DNA of 64,000 bases from Antedon mediterranea. Its lineage: Eukaryota; Animalia; Echinodermata. The stretch spans positions 1,364,001 through 1,428,000 of the forward strand of contig NC_092672.1 of the NCBI RefSeq assembly GCF_964355755.1, given 5' to 3'. Positions 47,201 through 62,200 of the stretch are shown here, piece by piece (position 1 is the stretch's first letter; each line of letters opens with the position of its first letter). Below the pieces are notes generated by a model. That model had not been told where the DNA came from. It did no database searches and worked only from the letters and a program-made list of their open reading frames with translations. A program made the translations under genes and the position numbers.

Positions 47201-50200
47201 GTACATATATACATATATACATACATATACTGTATACATATACATATATATATACATATATACATACATTTTTTTAGAATACATAAATAACACACATTTT
47301 TTATTAATAATAAATATAAACTTATCTTGCGGAATGAACAACTGTAACCTAGATCTAGTCTTACAAGGATCTGAACATACATTTAGTTTCTAAATTGTTT
47401 AAAATAGAAGTGGGACACTTCTTATTAAGGAGGGGAGGTGTAACCCCAGAAGTTAAGGTCACGCTATAGTTCATAGAGAGAACCTCGTGGGTTGAAGAGG
47501 TGAGATAAATCATGGCGATGTAAAGTGTATAATAACCCAATAGAGGATTAAATTTAAAGAGCTGGATGTTGAGATTGTTTATTGACTACTGTTACACTAC
47601 CACTAATTACGATCACAGGTTACAATATTAATAACAAACCTTTGAATTCTATCCTCTTGTATTTGTGATTTATATTTGAGTATTTCTTCTCTACAGTTCT
47701 GTACCTCTATACGTGTTGCTTCGTAATCCTTCAACTGTTGCTCCGCTGTTTGAAGCTTAAGTGACATGTCATCGACTTCCTGCTGTAACTCTGGAATCTA
47801 TCAATTCATTTGCTTGTTAATGAATATTCATCAGTTTTTTTAATATGGATAATAATAATAATAATAATAATAAATAACATTTATAAAGCGCAAGAGACAA
47901 AGGTTTCAAAGCGCTGTGTTTTCCAAGATCAGTGCAAGTAGTAGCGTGCGATTATGCTTCTCTGAAGAGATGAGTTTTGAGTTTAGTTTTAAATGTGATA
48001 ACAGATTTTGATGAGCGTATTTCGAGTGGTAGAGTGTTCCAGAGTTTTGGGGCTGCGACAGCGAAAGCACGATAATATTCAAGTTTGTATGAAATTATGA
48101 ACATTATTATATCTGTAAGTTGTCAAAACGTCCCTATTAAGCAAGCTTCCCACTACTGACACAACACAAGGAGGTAGATGCAACAAGTGAGTTGACCAAT
48201 GTTTACAAACCTCCCTATTAAGCAAGCTTCCTACTACTGACACAACACAAGGAGGTAGATGCAACAAGTGAGTTGACCAATGTTTACAAACCTCCCTATT
48301 AAGCAAGCTTCCTACTACTGACACAACACAAGGAGGTAGATGCAACAAGTGAGTTGACCAATGTCTACAAACCTCCCTATTAAGCAAGCTTCCTACTACT
48401 GACACAACACAAGGAGGTAGATGCAACAAGTGAGTTGACCAATGTCTACAAACCTCCCTATTAAGCAAGCTTCCTACTACTGACACAACACAAGGAGGTA
48501 GATGCAACAAGTGAGTTGACCAATGTCTACAAACCTCCCTATTAAGCAAGCTTCCCACTACTGACACAACACAAGGAGGTAGATGCAACAAGTGAGTTGA
48601 CCAATGTCTACAAACCTCCCTAAGCAAGCTTCCCACTACTGACACAACACAAGGAGGTAGATGCAACAAGTAAGTTGACCAATGTCTACAAACCTCCCTA
48701 AGCAAGCTTCCCACTACTGACACAACACAAGGAGGTAGATGCAACAAGTGAGTTGACCAATGTCTACAAACCTCCCTATTAAGCAAGCTTCCTACTACTG
48801 ACACAACACAAGGAGGTAGATGCAACAAGTGAGTTGACCAATGTCTACAAACCTCCCTATTAAGCAAGCTTCCCACTACTGACACAACACAAGGAGGTAG
48901 ATGCAACAAGTGAGTTGACCAATGTCTACAAACCTCCCTATTAAGCAAGCTTCCCACTACTGACACAACACAAGGAGGTAGATGCAACAAGTGAGTTGAC
49001 CAATGTCTACAAACCTCCCTATTAAGCAAGCTTCCCACTACTGACACAACACAAGGAGGTAGATGCAACAAGTGAGTTGACCAATGTCTACAAACCTCCC
49101 TAAGCAAGCTTCCCACTACTGACACAACACAAGGAGGTAGATGCAACAAGTAAGTTGACCAATGTCTACAAACCTCCCTAAGCAAGCTTCCCACTACTGA
49201 CACAACACAAGGAGGTAGATGCAACAAGTGAGTTGACCAATGTCTACAAACCTCCCTATTAAGCAAGCTTCCTACTACTGACACAACACAAGGAGGTAGA
49301 TGCAACAAGTAAGTTGACCAATGTTTACAGTATAAATGTTCATTTCAACAAATTTGGCATTATTGGTTGATATTACAGTGGCAGATCCAGGATTTTGAAA
49401 TAGAGAGGCCCAGGGCCTAAAAATGGTGATTGAAGGGCTGAGCTTAATTTGGTGTCCTAGTATCAGCAGCCCTCTTGGATCCGCCCCTGTATTAGGTATA
49501 AGGGAAGTACAACATGTTAGCAGTCGATGGCTAAGTTACAACATTTGACCGGGGGTTTGGAAAAAAAGCTGAAATATGGATTGGCTGGAAGTCCTATCTA
49601 TATCATTATCTGACATACCCGTCTCTCAGCAGATTGTGCTCTGTGTTGAACTTTACCAAGAGCGGTCGATGACACGTTGACCTCTGCTTTGTGACGTTCA
49701 AATTCAGAATCCCTTAGACGAATTGTGTTATTTTGCTGTTTATGTTTAAAGATTAAAGTACAGAATTATCATTTGAATTGAATTGAATTTGTTATATATT
49801 ATTTTTATTATTATATACTGGGTAACCTTTTCAGTCAAAGAATGTACACCGGGGTAACCCACACTCGTCTTGAAAGATGTACTAGGTTCTTTAAAGAACA
49901 TGAGCTAGATATGTACACTGGACCTACAGTTTATAGTACTTACCACCAGATTTTTTTTCTGCTCCATTAATTAGATTTTAACTCGGCTAAATAATTGCTT
50001 TATACTATAAGGACTATAAACCATAGGTTCAGTGTACACAGTAATATTAATTAATAATAACCTGTGTGTACTTTAAAGACCCAGTTCATTATTCGAAAAA
50101 GAGTAGACGGGTCATTCCATCTCAGATCACCCAATGAGTTAAACCCTACCTCTTCCAATTTTGATGAAATTTGGTATATGGGTGATTCATAGCAATTAAA

Positions 50201-53200
50201 GCCAAAATTTCAAATTTTAACTTTATTGGACCAACGGTTTTCGAGATATCGCAATTTCAATTTTCGGTTTTTACGCAAAAAAGGGCGCGTCCGCCACGTT
50301 TCAAAGAGCTGTATCTCGGGAACTATAGGTTCGATTTTAAAAGCAAAGGTATTTTTGTAAAGGGGAGACCATAAGGAATCTAAATATACTAATTGTGTGT
50401 GTTTTATGTTAATTTTAAGTTGAATAAAACTTTGACATATATTTTGACCTTGAAATTGACCCCGTGGAACACGCCCGTTTTGTTGGTGACTATCATGAAA
50501 AATGTAGCCCTACGTGTCAACTACAACATATACAAAAATTGGAGGGGTTTTTTTCTTTGTTTCCATGAAATTACAATTTGAAGTTGACATACCTCTTCCT
50601 TTTAGTGTATTTTTGGTGTCTGTCCATGCATTACTTCAATGTCAATTTGATGTATTCCAAAATTAATTTTATTTACAAACTAAATATTATTATAATGTTA
50701 CAATTGTCTATGTCTGGCCTTTACTCCTTGTCATCTGGACAATTCAAACAGTATTTAGAAATGTTGTGGCGATCATTTTGGGAAATACTGTAATTCCTAG
50801 TCGAAGAGGATTTTATAAACGGAGAGGATTTTATAAACGGAGAGGCTATAATACAATGTACATTTGATTCAGGAATCCAACAACAGTCTTCTTTGGACGG
50901 CCAATAAAAGGTTTTCGCTGACCCATGAGGATGCATAAATTTAATTTGAAAATCCCCAAACTCTTCTGAGAGTGAGACATCCACCACCAAACCAATCCAT
51001 GGGACACCATCATAACTACAGCACACAAAATTCTGAAGTCTAATAATGGTGGGTTGTGTATCAGCAACAATTTCATTTTCATCACTGAAAGATTCTTGAA
51101 TCACTACCACATCCGGAGGGTTTATCTGGGTACTAAGTTTGTAGACCTGCATCTGTGCCAGAGAAACGGGAACAAAGCGATGATATTGTAATGTACCCTT
51201 GATGGTCTGGGCGAGGTTGAATCTCGGCTTTATTTCTTTTTCTACAGTAGATACCTCATCTATTCCCACATGAAAAAAGTTGATGCCTGGAATGTCCATA
51301 TGAGCGAGTCATATGGCCGAGCGGTTAAGGCAGGGGCGCCGTTTACCGTACCTAAAAGACAACAACATCGGCAAGGGTTCGAGGCCGACTCGCTCCTCTC
51401 TTCAAGTCTTCTCGGATAAGGACTATAAACCATAGTCCAGTGTACACAGTTATAACATGTGTGTACTTTAAAGGACCCAGTTCATTATTCGAAAAAGAGT
51501 AGGGGGTTACCCCGGTGAACTGGTTCACACAATAGCCCCTGTATCAGGGGGATTACCACCTATCTGATAGGACAGTGACTAATTCACTATTGATAATCCT
51601 TGGCCACATTGCCTAAAGACATAAAATAGAAATAAAAAATTACACAGTAGTCGAACATACTGAGAGATGTGATAATATGACATTCAGTCAAACGCTGTAA
51701 GCTTCTCTTAGTGACAAGCCTCTTAACTGTTCCACCTATGCCATCACACGCACTCTTGCCATGTGATGTAGCGAAAAAATTCCACTCGGCGTCTAAACCA
51801 AAATCTTCCTGGTAGTGGCAAAGGTTAATAAAGTAATATTTGTTTTTGTATTGGCCGCCACATCCATCTGTGAAATAATGAACTTTTTTCATGGTTGGTA
51901 GTTTTGTTTTTATATAGGGGATGACAACCTTTAAAAAGGCATATACAGTAACTGTTGTATGTTCTCTGCAATCACTTATTATGCATATGTTAATGTGCAT
52001 AATAACATAGTAAGGACACTAAACTATGTGTCAAAATTGATTTGAAAAGTATGTGAGTTACCCAGTATTTCTCATATCAAAATACATCTACTGTTTAAGT
52101 GGGCCTGATGAGAAAGCGTAACAATAAGACACCTTAACAGTTAGTGTTCACACTGTGTATAAGTATAACAACACCAAAAATACACTAAAAGGAAGAGGTA
52201 TGTCAACTTCAAATTGTAATTTCATGGAAACAAAGAAAAAAACCCCTCCAATTTTTTTATATGTTGTAGTTGACACGTAGGGCTACATTTTTCGTGATAG
52301 TCACCAACAAATCGGGCGTGTTCCACGGGGTCAATTTCAAGGTCAAAATATATGTCAAAGTTTTATTCAACTTAAAATTAACATAAAACAAACACAATTA
52401 GTATATTTAGGTTCCTTATGGTCTCCCCTTTACAAAAATACCTTTGTTTTTAAAATCGAACCTATAGTTCCCGAGATACAGCTCTTTGAAACGTGGCGGC
52501 CGCGCGCTTTTTTGCGTAAAAACCGAAAATTGAAATTGCGATATCTCGAAAACCGTTGGTCCGATAAAGTTAAAATTTGAAATGTTGGCTTTAATTGCTA
52601 TGAATCACCCATATACCAAATTTCATCAAAATTGGAAGAGGTAGGGTTTAAAATTCCATTTTTTTTGGGTGAACTGAGATGGAATGACCCAGACAAGAGG
52701 GTTACCCCGGTGAACTGGTTCACACAATAGCTCCTGTATCAGGGGGATTACCACCCTATCTGATAGGAGAGTGATTATTGGTAATCCTTGGCCACATTGA
52801 AATAAAATAAAATAATAAATTTCTGACAATTTTACTCAATTGTATGTTACTTACTCGTTCTATTTCTGTCTCCAACTCCTGCCTTGCTGCTTCACTGTTT
52901 GTTAACTTCTCTAGAAGATCTTTCATCTGATTCCATAACTAAGAGGAAACAAAACACAAAAAACAAATAATAGTTATCCATGGCTACTAGATACTGCTAA
53001 GTAACCAGCTTGAATTCTCCTAGGCTACAAATGACACAAAGAAACTTGATTATTAAGTTCCTTGGGTTCTAATATAACTTTTGAAAGAACAGTTATAAAC
53101 ACAAATCTAGACAGCTAATTAAAACAATACTTTACAATGGTTGTGAGCTGACTGTATTTTACAGTGAATATGGATTATGACATGCTGCCCTCTGCTGCCC

Positions 53201-56200
53201 TCAATGGCACAGGTTTAATACAATTATTAACCACTCAGAATGACTTGTTTGTCAAGTAAAGTAAAATAGAATCTGATTGGTTAAAGGTATGCCACCTACT
53301 TGGTTTGTCACACATCTTTGAATACTAATGACAAACACAATGCATTATTATTAATCCCCTTTTTAAATTTACCAGCTAAAAATATTTATCAATCAACAAG
53401 AGGATATAAGATCTTAAAACAATCGATATCAGATTGTGAAATTTCAAACAAAGCAGGAGGGGATATAAAGATATGAAAACCTGAAAAAAAAAGGATAACG
53501 GATCTGAAAATCTCAAAACAGAGGCTTTAAAATGTGAAATGTCTGCTTTTTTCCTGTTATTCAGTTTTATGTCATTATTTTTCTTTTTTCTGTTTAGAGA
53601 CAAGTTCTTTTACTTCTATTCCCGATCCCTGAAACAGCTCCTATTATCATTACCATTTAACATACTGTAAATGTATGCTTGTTTTTTTTTGTGAACTGTT
53701 TAAAAAAAAGTGAATGAATAATGAAAAACTTTACCTTGGTCATTTCTTCTTCCAATACTTTGTTTCGTCCTTCCACGTCGTTTCGCAGCCTGATCTCATC
53801 TTCAAGTCTGCTGTCACCGGTATTTGTGACGCTACAAAGTCGAGTGTTCTCTTTTCGCAGTTGACTTACTTCCTACAAGACCATTAATGTTTTGTTATCA
53901 CAAAATGTTCAGGGTGAAAATAGGTACTGTTAATTCAAGTTAACCTTATTTAACCACCGAGGCTCAGATCAAATCATGGTTGGTTTTCCTTGGGCCGTGC
54001 ACATATAAAATACAATTTCAACCATGTTTAACCATATTATGTATTTATTTATTTATTCAAATTTATTTTACAAGGGTAGCTCCAACAGTTTTCTAAATTT
54101 GTATTGATATTTTAGAAATATGATGTTAATGACGTAATTATGTAAACTCACTTCATTTTTCTCTGAAATAGTTTCTTGTAAATCTTTTGTTTTTCGATCG
54201 GCACGGTCCAGCTGCCACTTCAATTCGTTGTTCTCACGACCAAATTTCTCACGTTCAGAAATCATTTCACGTTGTACACGAACAATCTCAACATCCATGT
54301 TGGTCTAAAAGGTAAACGAAAATGTATTTTACATGTTCTCTACTAAAATCTGCACGACTCAGATTAGACCTCTCAAAAATTTGCCTTCTCAAATGCAAAT
54401 AAACCACAGAGAAAATCCTGATGATCGGTAAAATGACTATTTATCATGCAAGACCTACTAGATGACTATTAACCTCATGCAGATAGTATTAAGCATATGC
54501 AGATAGTATTAAGCATATGCAGATAGTATAAGCATATGCAGATAGTATTAAGCATATGCAGATAGTATTAAGCATATGCAGATAGCATAATTGAATGCTA
54601 TACTTTCATTGTTCCTCCAGTAGACTAAATGATAAGGAGGTTTTTATATCAAGAATCCAAGTTTTTGGACAATATTTCTGTTCTCTTTCAACATAATAAT
54701 ACAGTATAGGATTGTTAATATTAAATGATACCATTAAGTTAGTCATACAGAATGTATTAATATTATCAAATAATACTTTAAACACTATTGATGAATGATG
54801 AATGATAAATAATATATAATATAAAAAAATAAGTTTGTTTGCTGCCCATTTCTCAACCAAAATATGTTTTATCTTAAATATCAATAGTGCTCTAATTTTA
54901 AGATAAATAACAAAATCGCAGGGACTTCTCTCAAACAGTTGTTTTTCATATGTGATGTGCCCATATATGGACATGAAGACATGATATCACTACCATATTT
55001 GGGTATATAACTACCATATTTTGGCACACACTTTTTTAGTGCATGTAAACACTGCCAGAAAACAAAAGACTGGTAATAGCCTGAATTATAAAAATTAAAA
55101 TGATATGAAGTGCATGGTTTTTCCATTTTTTAACATTCAATAAATGTTCATGAAATGGATTGTGAGTTGATGAAATGATATTAAATGGTACGGTGTAGAC
55201 ACACAGAATCAAAGTTTGATTGAAATTGATGCACATACCAGTTTACATTCAAGTTCTTCAATATCTCTCTTGAAATTGAAATAAGATGCCTTTTGTCAAG
55301 TTGTATATTTATGACATAATTTTTGTGAATTTATTTTTTATTTATACTGAGTAACCTCTTCAGTCAATTCAAAGTCACCGGGGTAACCCTCTACCCATCT
55401 CGTAAGTAGTGCTAGGTGCTTTAAAGTGCACATGAGCTAGATGTGTACACTGGACCTACGGTTTAAAGTCCTTATCGGAGAAGACTCATTCTACCACCAG
55501 AATCACAAAGCGAGTGAGCCTAAAACCCACGCTCTTCATCTTACAATTACTTTATTATTACAATTAAAAACAAATTAATATCAACATTACCTGTCCTTGG
55601 CTAGAGATATCGTGGTTCCTTGAAACTTCCAATGACTTCTGATTGATTTCCTCTTTCAATTTCTTCACTGATCCTTCAGATAGTTTCAGTTTTTCTTTAA
55701 GGAAGGCAATCTCAGAAGTCAAATCTGACAAGAAAAGGATAATGATACTTTTGTTTGTTTTATCTTTATACTGGCTGACCTCTTTAGTCAAAGACTGATC
55801 TCCCAGAGGGCCCAGTTGGTGATCAGTGGCTGTGATGTACTAATACACCGGGGTAACCCCCTACTCGTCTCGAAAGATGTACTCGGTTCTTTAAAGTGCA
55901 CATGAGCTAGATGGGTACACTGGACCTACGGTTTATAATCCTTATCCAAGAAGACTTGTTCTACCACCAGAACCATGGAGTGAGTGAGCCTCAAACCCCT
56001 GTCGATGTTATGGCTACGTGATTACGGTTCCACTGTCTTAACCGCTCGGCCACTCACTCACTACTGTAATATTAGTTACGGACTTTTTTACTTTTCTGAA
56101 TGTAGTTTCAATGTCAAAATGTTTACGTTAATTGTGTAACAGTTCTTTTGAAAACATGTTGTATATTATTACTATACTGAATGTTAATCTGAAAATTAAC

Positions 56201-59200
56201 CAGTAAATAAAATGGTTAGCATTAACATAAGGGTGAAGGTGAGTCCCGTGTTCTCTGAACGTAGGGGAATGAGCTGTTAGGAGCTCATTGTACTAAGCAT
56301 CGGCATTATGTGGTAGGGTGGCCAGTTCCTTTCCACGCCGCCTTTTTTCTCCCTAGTATTTTCAACCAGGTACTCATTTTACAGCTGAGTGGACTGGGAG
56401 TTGTCGGGCATTGAACCCGGGTCTATCTGTATGACAGTCAAGTGTCCTAACATACTGTAATAAAATAATCATTTTGAATAAAGCATTTCACATTACAAAT
56501 TAATTAAGTCTGTATCCAACTTACCAGTTATTTTAGTCCTGTCTAACTGCAGGTCATCAGATAACTGAGTATTGCGTCTCTTACTAGAATCCAACTACAA
56601 AATACAAACACGCAAAATGTGATTTAATTACCAGAAATGAAAATCTAAAAATGCAAATTAATAGATTATCAATTCAATGGAGTATAACAGATTCTGAATG
56701 GTTTGTGAGGAACACCTGATAACTCTAGTACAAATCAATAAGAAGTCTTGTGTGCGAATAGATGTAAGCAGAGTTGATAATAACACAGACCACGTTGATC
56801 AACACTTTCAAATAAATAATATTTCTTGCATCAAGAGAGAGTGCAGTAGATGAACTTTCAATAAAAGCAGATAAGTAAGTTGACCTTTGAACGTTCTATT
56901 AGCTAGATTACAGTAATCTATTAGGTGATGTATTTTACATCAGTGGAATTAATGATAAACTATAATATGCGAACAGGTGGAGCATTCTCCATTTCCGAAA
57001 CACATTGTTGACCATTTCTTTCTCTGTTTTTGCACTTTTCTGCACAGTTGATGCTTGTCTATGGCGCTGGTGACAATTATTACTATCTTTTAACATACAA
57101 CTATAAGTTGCATATTATATTAACAATACTTTATCTTTATAAACTAAAATATTCTACAATAATAATAAAGCAAATGCAGTACAAAAGTACATTTTTTCCA
57201 ACACAAACTCCATAAATATATTTGTGACAATTCCACCACGTTTGGCAAAAAGCCTCAATAGAACAACAACTAGACTATTAACAACAAACCTTGCTATTCT
57301 CATAAAATATTTTGGCACACACTTCAAATGTATGTAACTTCCTTTCTACTACAAAAAGTTCATCCTTCAACGATAAAAATATTTAGCACCGTCCTTTTCA
57401 ATCCCAGTTTAATAAACTTACAGATCAACTTCATATTTATTCAATCTTCCCACACCAATCATACAAGACCGATTGTAACTCTGACAAAAAAATATCAATT
57501 CTTTTCATTTTTGGTTACGTCAATTTACAAAAGGGACAAAAAGAATTGACACTTTTACAAGTTAGGGACCTGGAAAGAATTGTTGCTAGGGGTTACTATA
57601 CACAAGCGGATGGAGTAGAAATTAGTGAAGCGTAACATAGAAGATTTCAATTATGAATTGAAATCATGACCAAAATCAAACCATAGAAGTTAGAACTCGA
57701 CTACCTTTAAAAGAATAACAACTTGAAAACAAAATTCCTCTGTAAACTCAATTGTGAGCAGAACTCGACTACCTTTAAAAGAATAACAATTTGGAAACAA
57801 AATTCCTCCGTAAACTCAATTGTGAGCAGGGAACACAAGGTATCCAGGAAAATATTGAATCATAATCCAAACACAAACATGAAATGCAAACAAAAAAATG
57901 ACCATCAAATGACCATTGACCATCAAATGACCATCATGATTTTATTTCTTCTTGATAAAACTTAAATGACAGGTCACTGTAGTAAGTAAGAACGGGAAAT
58001 AAATTTATCTTGTAGGTTGGTTGGTCACATTATTATCCCTTGAGTGGTCTCTTTAGTTAGAAAAAAGTAGATTTAAATTGTAAAATTTAAAATTCTTAAC
58101 CTTATTCATGTTTCAAATAGACAGTGAAAATGACATTGAAATACACTGCACTAATCGAGGCCATGATCACTTTTTAATGCGGATTATTAAAATAAGTTGA
58201 TTTTGAGAGGTTCTTATTTAAAGCATTTGTATGGTAAATCATACTGACCTTCGATGTTAAGACCTATTGAAAAAAATGGTGTTACAATTGTCAACTTGAT
58301 GGGATGGCAAGGATGCTATTACCATGGCAACCACCTGCTCTACTCCATGAGTAGATCCTTCAATTTTGTTAATGAATAATCCCTTTTAATAATTTGTATC
58401 ACTGTCTTAAAAGATGCACTTTGAAACAGAATGACGAGTTGCAAGCACTTAGCATCCAAACAATGGCATGTATGTATATTTTACTATTCAATATTCATTT
58501 ATTTTTTGTTATCTGTAGCCATTGTAATGGTACCAAATGCACAGTAAATGTTTGTTTAATATAATATATAAATTAATGTTTTATAATCAATGTGTTTTCC
58601 TTATTTTAATGTATTTTTATTAAGTCTTGATGCACATAGATACAACATGACTAGTCGCAGTCACAAGTACTCCGTATCCAAACAATGGCATGTATGTATA
58701 TTTTACTATTCAATATTCATTCTTTGTTATCTATAGCTATTGTAACGGTACCAAATGTAAAGTAAATGTTTGTTTAATATAATATATATGTGTGTTTTTC
58801 TCCTTAGTGTATTCTTAAAGTCTTCTTTGATACTGTACAATAATATCTTAAACATCTTTATAATTAGCATAAAAGTTCATCTGTGTATGGTTGAACCGAG
58901 GTTGAAGTGTACAAATTGAAACAGAAATGTGAGGTATGTAAAATTGTGTGTTGATATCATCAGTTAAAAAATATGATATTTAAAACATTTTAAGGGTGAA
59001 ACCAGGAAGATATATTTTGGATATTAGGCACTAGTGATGACAAATCTGTATAAGTAAGTATGATAAACTATTGTTACAACATTCACAGGCATCGTTGTGT
59101 TTTCATTCACAATTATTTTACAAAAAAAATCTTTTTTTTTTCATTAACTATTAATTTTAGATAAGCCAATACTGATCCAAACACTATAATTAAGTGCAAT

Positions 59201-62200
59201 TATTTATTTTGTATTAACCTACGTCAATAGGAATTAAAAAGAAATTCTGCTTTCTTTTGACCAAATCTTTTGGCAAGACATAGACAGCTGCAATGCACCT
59301 TCTTTAATCGCTTTCCGGATTCAACTTTTCAAGTAATCAACTACTAAGGCTAGGGATACCTATAATTACGTATCTAAATATGTATATTATTATTTGATTT
59401 TTAAAGTAAACATAGATGGTAAATTAATGGAGCAAGTAAAATTACTAAATGATAATTGATTTTACATCTTTAGAAATTCTGATAACAATGTTTCCTGGCG
59501 ATTCAAACAACTTTAACAACGTATTCCTTCTTGATATACTATCTATCTGTCATGTTTTTATAGGCTCTGTGAGTTACTAAAGCTCAGTCTAAACTATCAA
59601 ACTTTATGTGACAAAAAAATGTGATGTGCCCATATATGGACATGATGATGTCATATCATTACCATATTTGGGTCACTGACATACTTTGGCACATCACACT
59701 TTTCTTGTCAAACTAGTTTGATAGTGTAGATAGCTTTAAATATAAAACAGTTTAATTAAACAAAACAATCTGGATTAATAGAAGGATGAAAATAATCAAA
59801 CAAATGAACTGAAGACAACATACAGGTGAGGTAAAGTAAGGTAGATCTTGATGTGCACAAATTAGTTTGGTATTCTTTCCCAACATGGTGATACTTAATG
59901 TTGGTGATACTTAATGTTGGATTTTCTTAGCGACTCATGCATTGGGTAAGTAGTAGTATAAAATTGTTTTGATAGTTTTGAGGGTCTCAAATTATCACCT
60001 TCGGCTGGATAGACTACCCTCATACAAATAAAACAATCCATAGTATTTTTTGTTTATTTATATGATACAAGAAAGGAAACAAAGATTTATTCATGTTTTT
60101 AAAGATTTTTTACTATTAAAACATTTTTTTTAGTTAAACAATAAAAGCTTTAAGATGATTAAGACAATATTTTCTAAAAATAATCTCTATTGGAAATAAA
60201 AAATACTAGTTGTGTGAATACTAATATAAAACTAAAACTAATTCCGTCGGAAAAATTTAAAAACATAAATTTGGTGAGCTGTAGGCCTACCTGTTCTTGC
60301 AAGTCTTTCTTGTCTAGAAGCAGTTTATCAGCTTCACCGACCAGCATGTTAGCCTGTTGATCCTTCGTAATCATAGTCTGTAATTCTCGGGCTAGAACGT
60401 CACGATCTTTCTTCAAATCATCAATCAGTTTCTCCAGCTCTTGGTTGATACGTTTGTTTCGCGACTCTGAGTCCTCCATTAACGCTTTCTCTCGCGCCAT
60501 CTGTTCGCGTAGTTGACGGTTTTCAGTCTGACTCGTTGAAAGCTCCTAACAAACGAACATGATAATTTAAAGCATAAAACACACATATAAATATTAATGA
60601 GTTATTTTTAGTACAAATTATTACTGCTAAAAAAAATGCATTTTGTTCCAATATTTCAGATGGATATATTAAACCAAAGATAGATGGCGCTGTTCAATAT
60701 AACCTAGAAAGCTGGACCTGAAACGCATTCTGAAACTACCGATTATTATTATATAATTGTTATTGGGTAGGCCTATTACTTTAACCATTGAGAAATAAGT
60801 TTGTATACTTACTTCTTTAAACCCTCAAGGGCCCTTATATAACCTTTTTATTTCACTTTATTGGTTCATAAAAAGAAATACCTATATTTTTCATTTTTAG
60901 TTTTAGTTTTTCTTCACAAACAAGTTTAAAACTGCAACTCACAGGATACGCATAACATTAGTAAGGTCAGAAGTCAGGTCAGGTTTGTTAAGCTGCATAT
61001 GCATGCCATTAATATTGTTTAAACATAAAATTATTATTATTTATTAATTCAATTATTCACAACCATTGAACCTTATTGTAAAATGTATTAATTCAATTTG
61101 TTAATAAACTTAAGTTTTAATTTCCAAAAACCATTTATTATAGTGCGTAATCCACCTTGTCTTCATTGTACCAGGCTGTTGAAATTACATTTCCCTAGAG
61201 TATCATTAAAATCAACAATATACAGACACTGACAAGGACAGCTCCTTTACAATATGGATACATACAGCAAAGTGTAGGATTGTGTAGGTATGTCATTGTT
61301 CTTACATAGCTTGCTGTGTAATATTTAATGTATTCCATGCATCTTATGTACTCCTACCACCAATTAAGACACCTCTTAAAAACCATCTAAGCAACTACTC
61401 TATCTTACACCCCTGGCCTGACCCACAGAAAATCAGATTTTCAGAAAGAAATTTCAAGTTACGTTTAGAAAGTAATGGTATTGGGTGAGTTGACTGTTAG
61501 TTATACAAAGATGAAGCACCAATCATTACACAGGTGACCTTCGCACATGCAAATGATGCAAGACCTTAAATACAAGTCTGTTGTCAAAATATACCCTTTA
61601 CCTCTAAATTACCAACAAAAATAATTCCATGAAAGGTAATACATGCAGGATTGAAAAACGTACATGCAAATCAACCCACAATGTTAAACCATTTCACCAC
61701 AGCAGGTATTAAATGGAAGTAGATTATCTGACTTGTGTTACCTCATGTATTTCATTCTGCATTTTCGTGAAGTCTGTACGACCTGTGGACGTGTCCTCAC
61801 GTGCAGACTCAAGGTCAGCACGTAGGTCATCCAACTAATTAATGAAGGAATATAAACGAAATAAAAACAAACCTGATCATAAACTTAAAAACGGAAAATG
61901 TTAATTGAAAATTATTATAGTGAAATTGTAAAAAAAAATGTTCATGAAAGGATTTCTTAATTTCTAGGAGGCAAGTTTTTCATTAGTTAGTATCTGCTTT
62001 ATTTTGTTATTTTAAGAATGTTTTTTTCCGCTCACCTTTTTGGCCAGTTCTCGCTCCCTCTCTTCACTTTCCCTTAGTCTTCGCCGCCATTCCTGTTCAC
62101 TCGCTGATCCTCGGTTGTCTAGCTCTTTCGCTCTTTTCTTTTCCCTCTCTAGCAGGTCGAGGGCGCTCTTGTGTTCCATTATCACCTTTTGGTTTTCCTC

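Larger units (their letters stand above)
50008..52820 (+). mobile_element. Deu/Nin-type SINE (5'-truncated, tail type 1) split by Sola2: 50008-50108 plus 52691-52820
   Basis: The two halves join to match the intact copy at 51300-51640. Confidence 0.8.

Noticed and set aside
48079-49308. 409-aa Cys/His-rich repeat ORF; also considered as a CRISPR array
   Set aside because: Read-through of an intronic minisatellite with a non-ATG start and no splice support. There are no unique spacers or cas genes, and the context is eukaryotic.
52100-52135. Minimal hammerhead-like CTGATGAG motif (also near 5601)
   Set aside because: No correctly placed GAAA and no supporting stems I/III.
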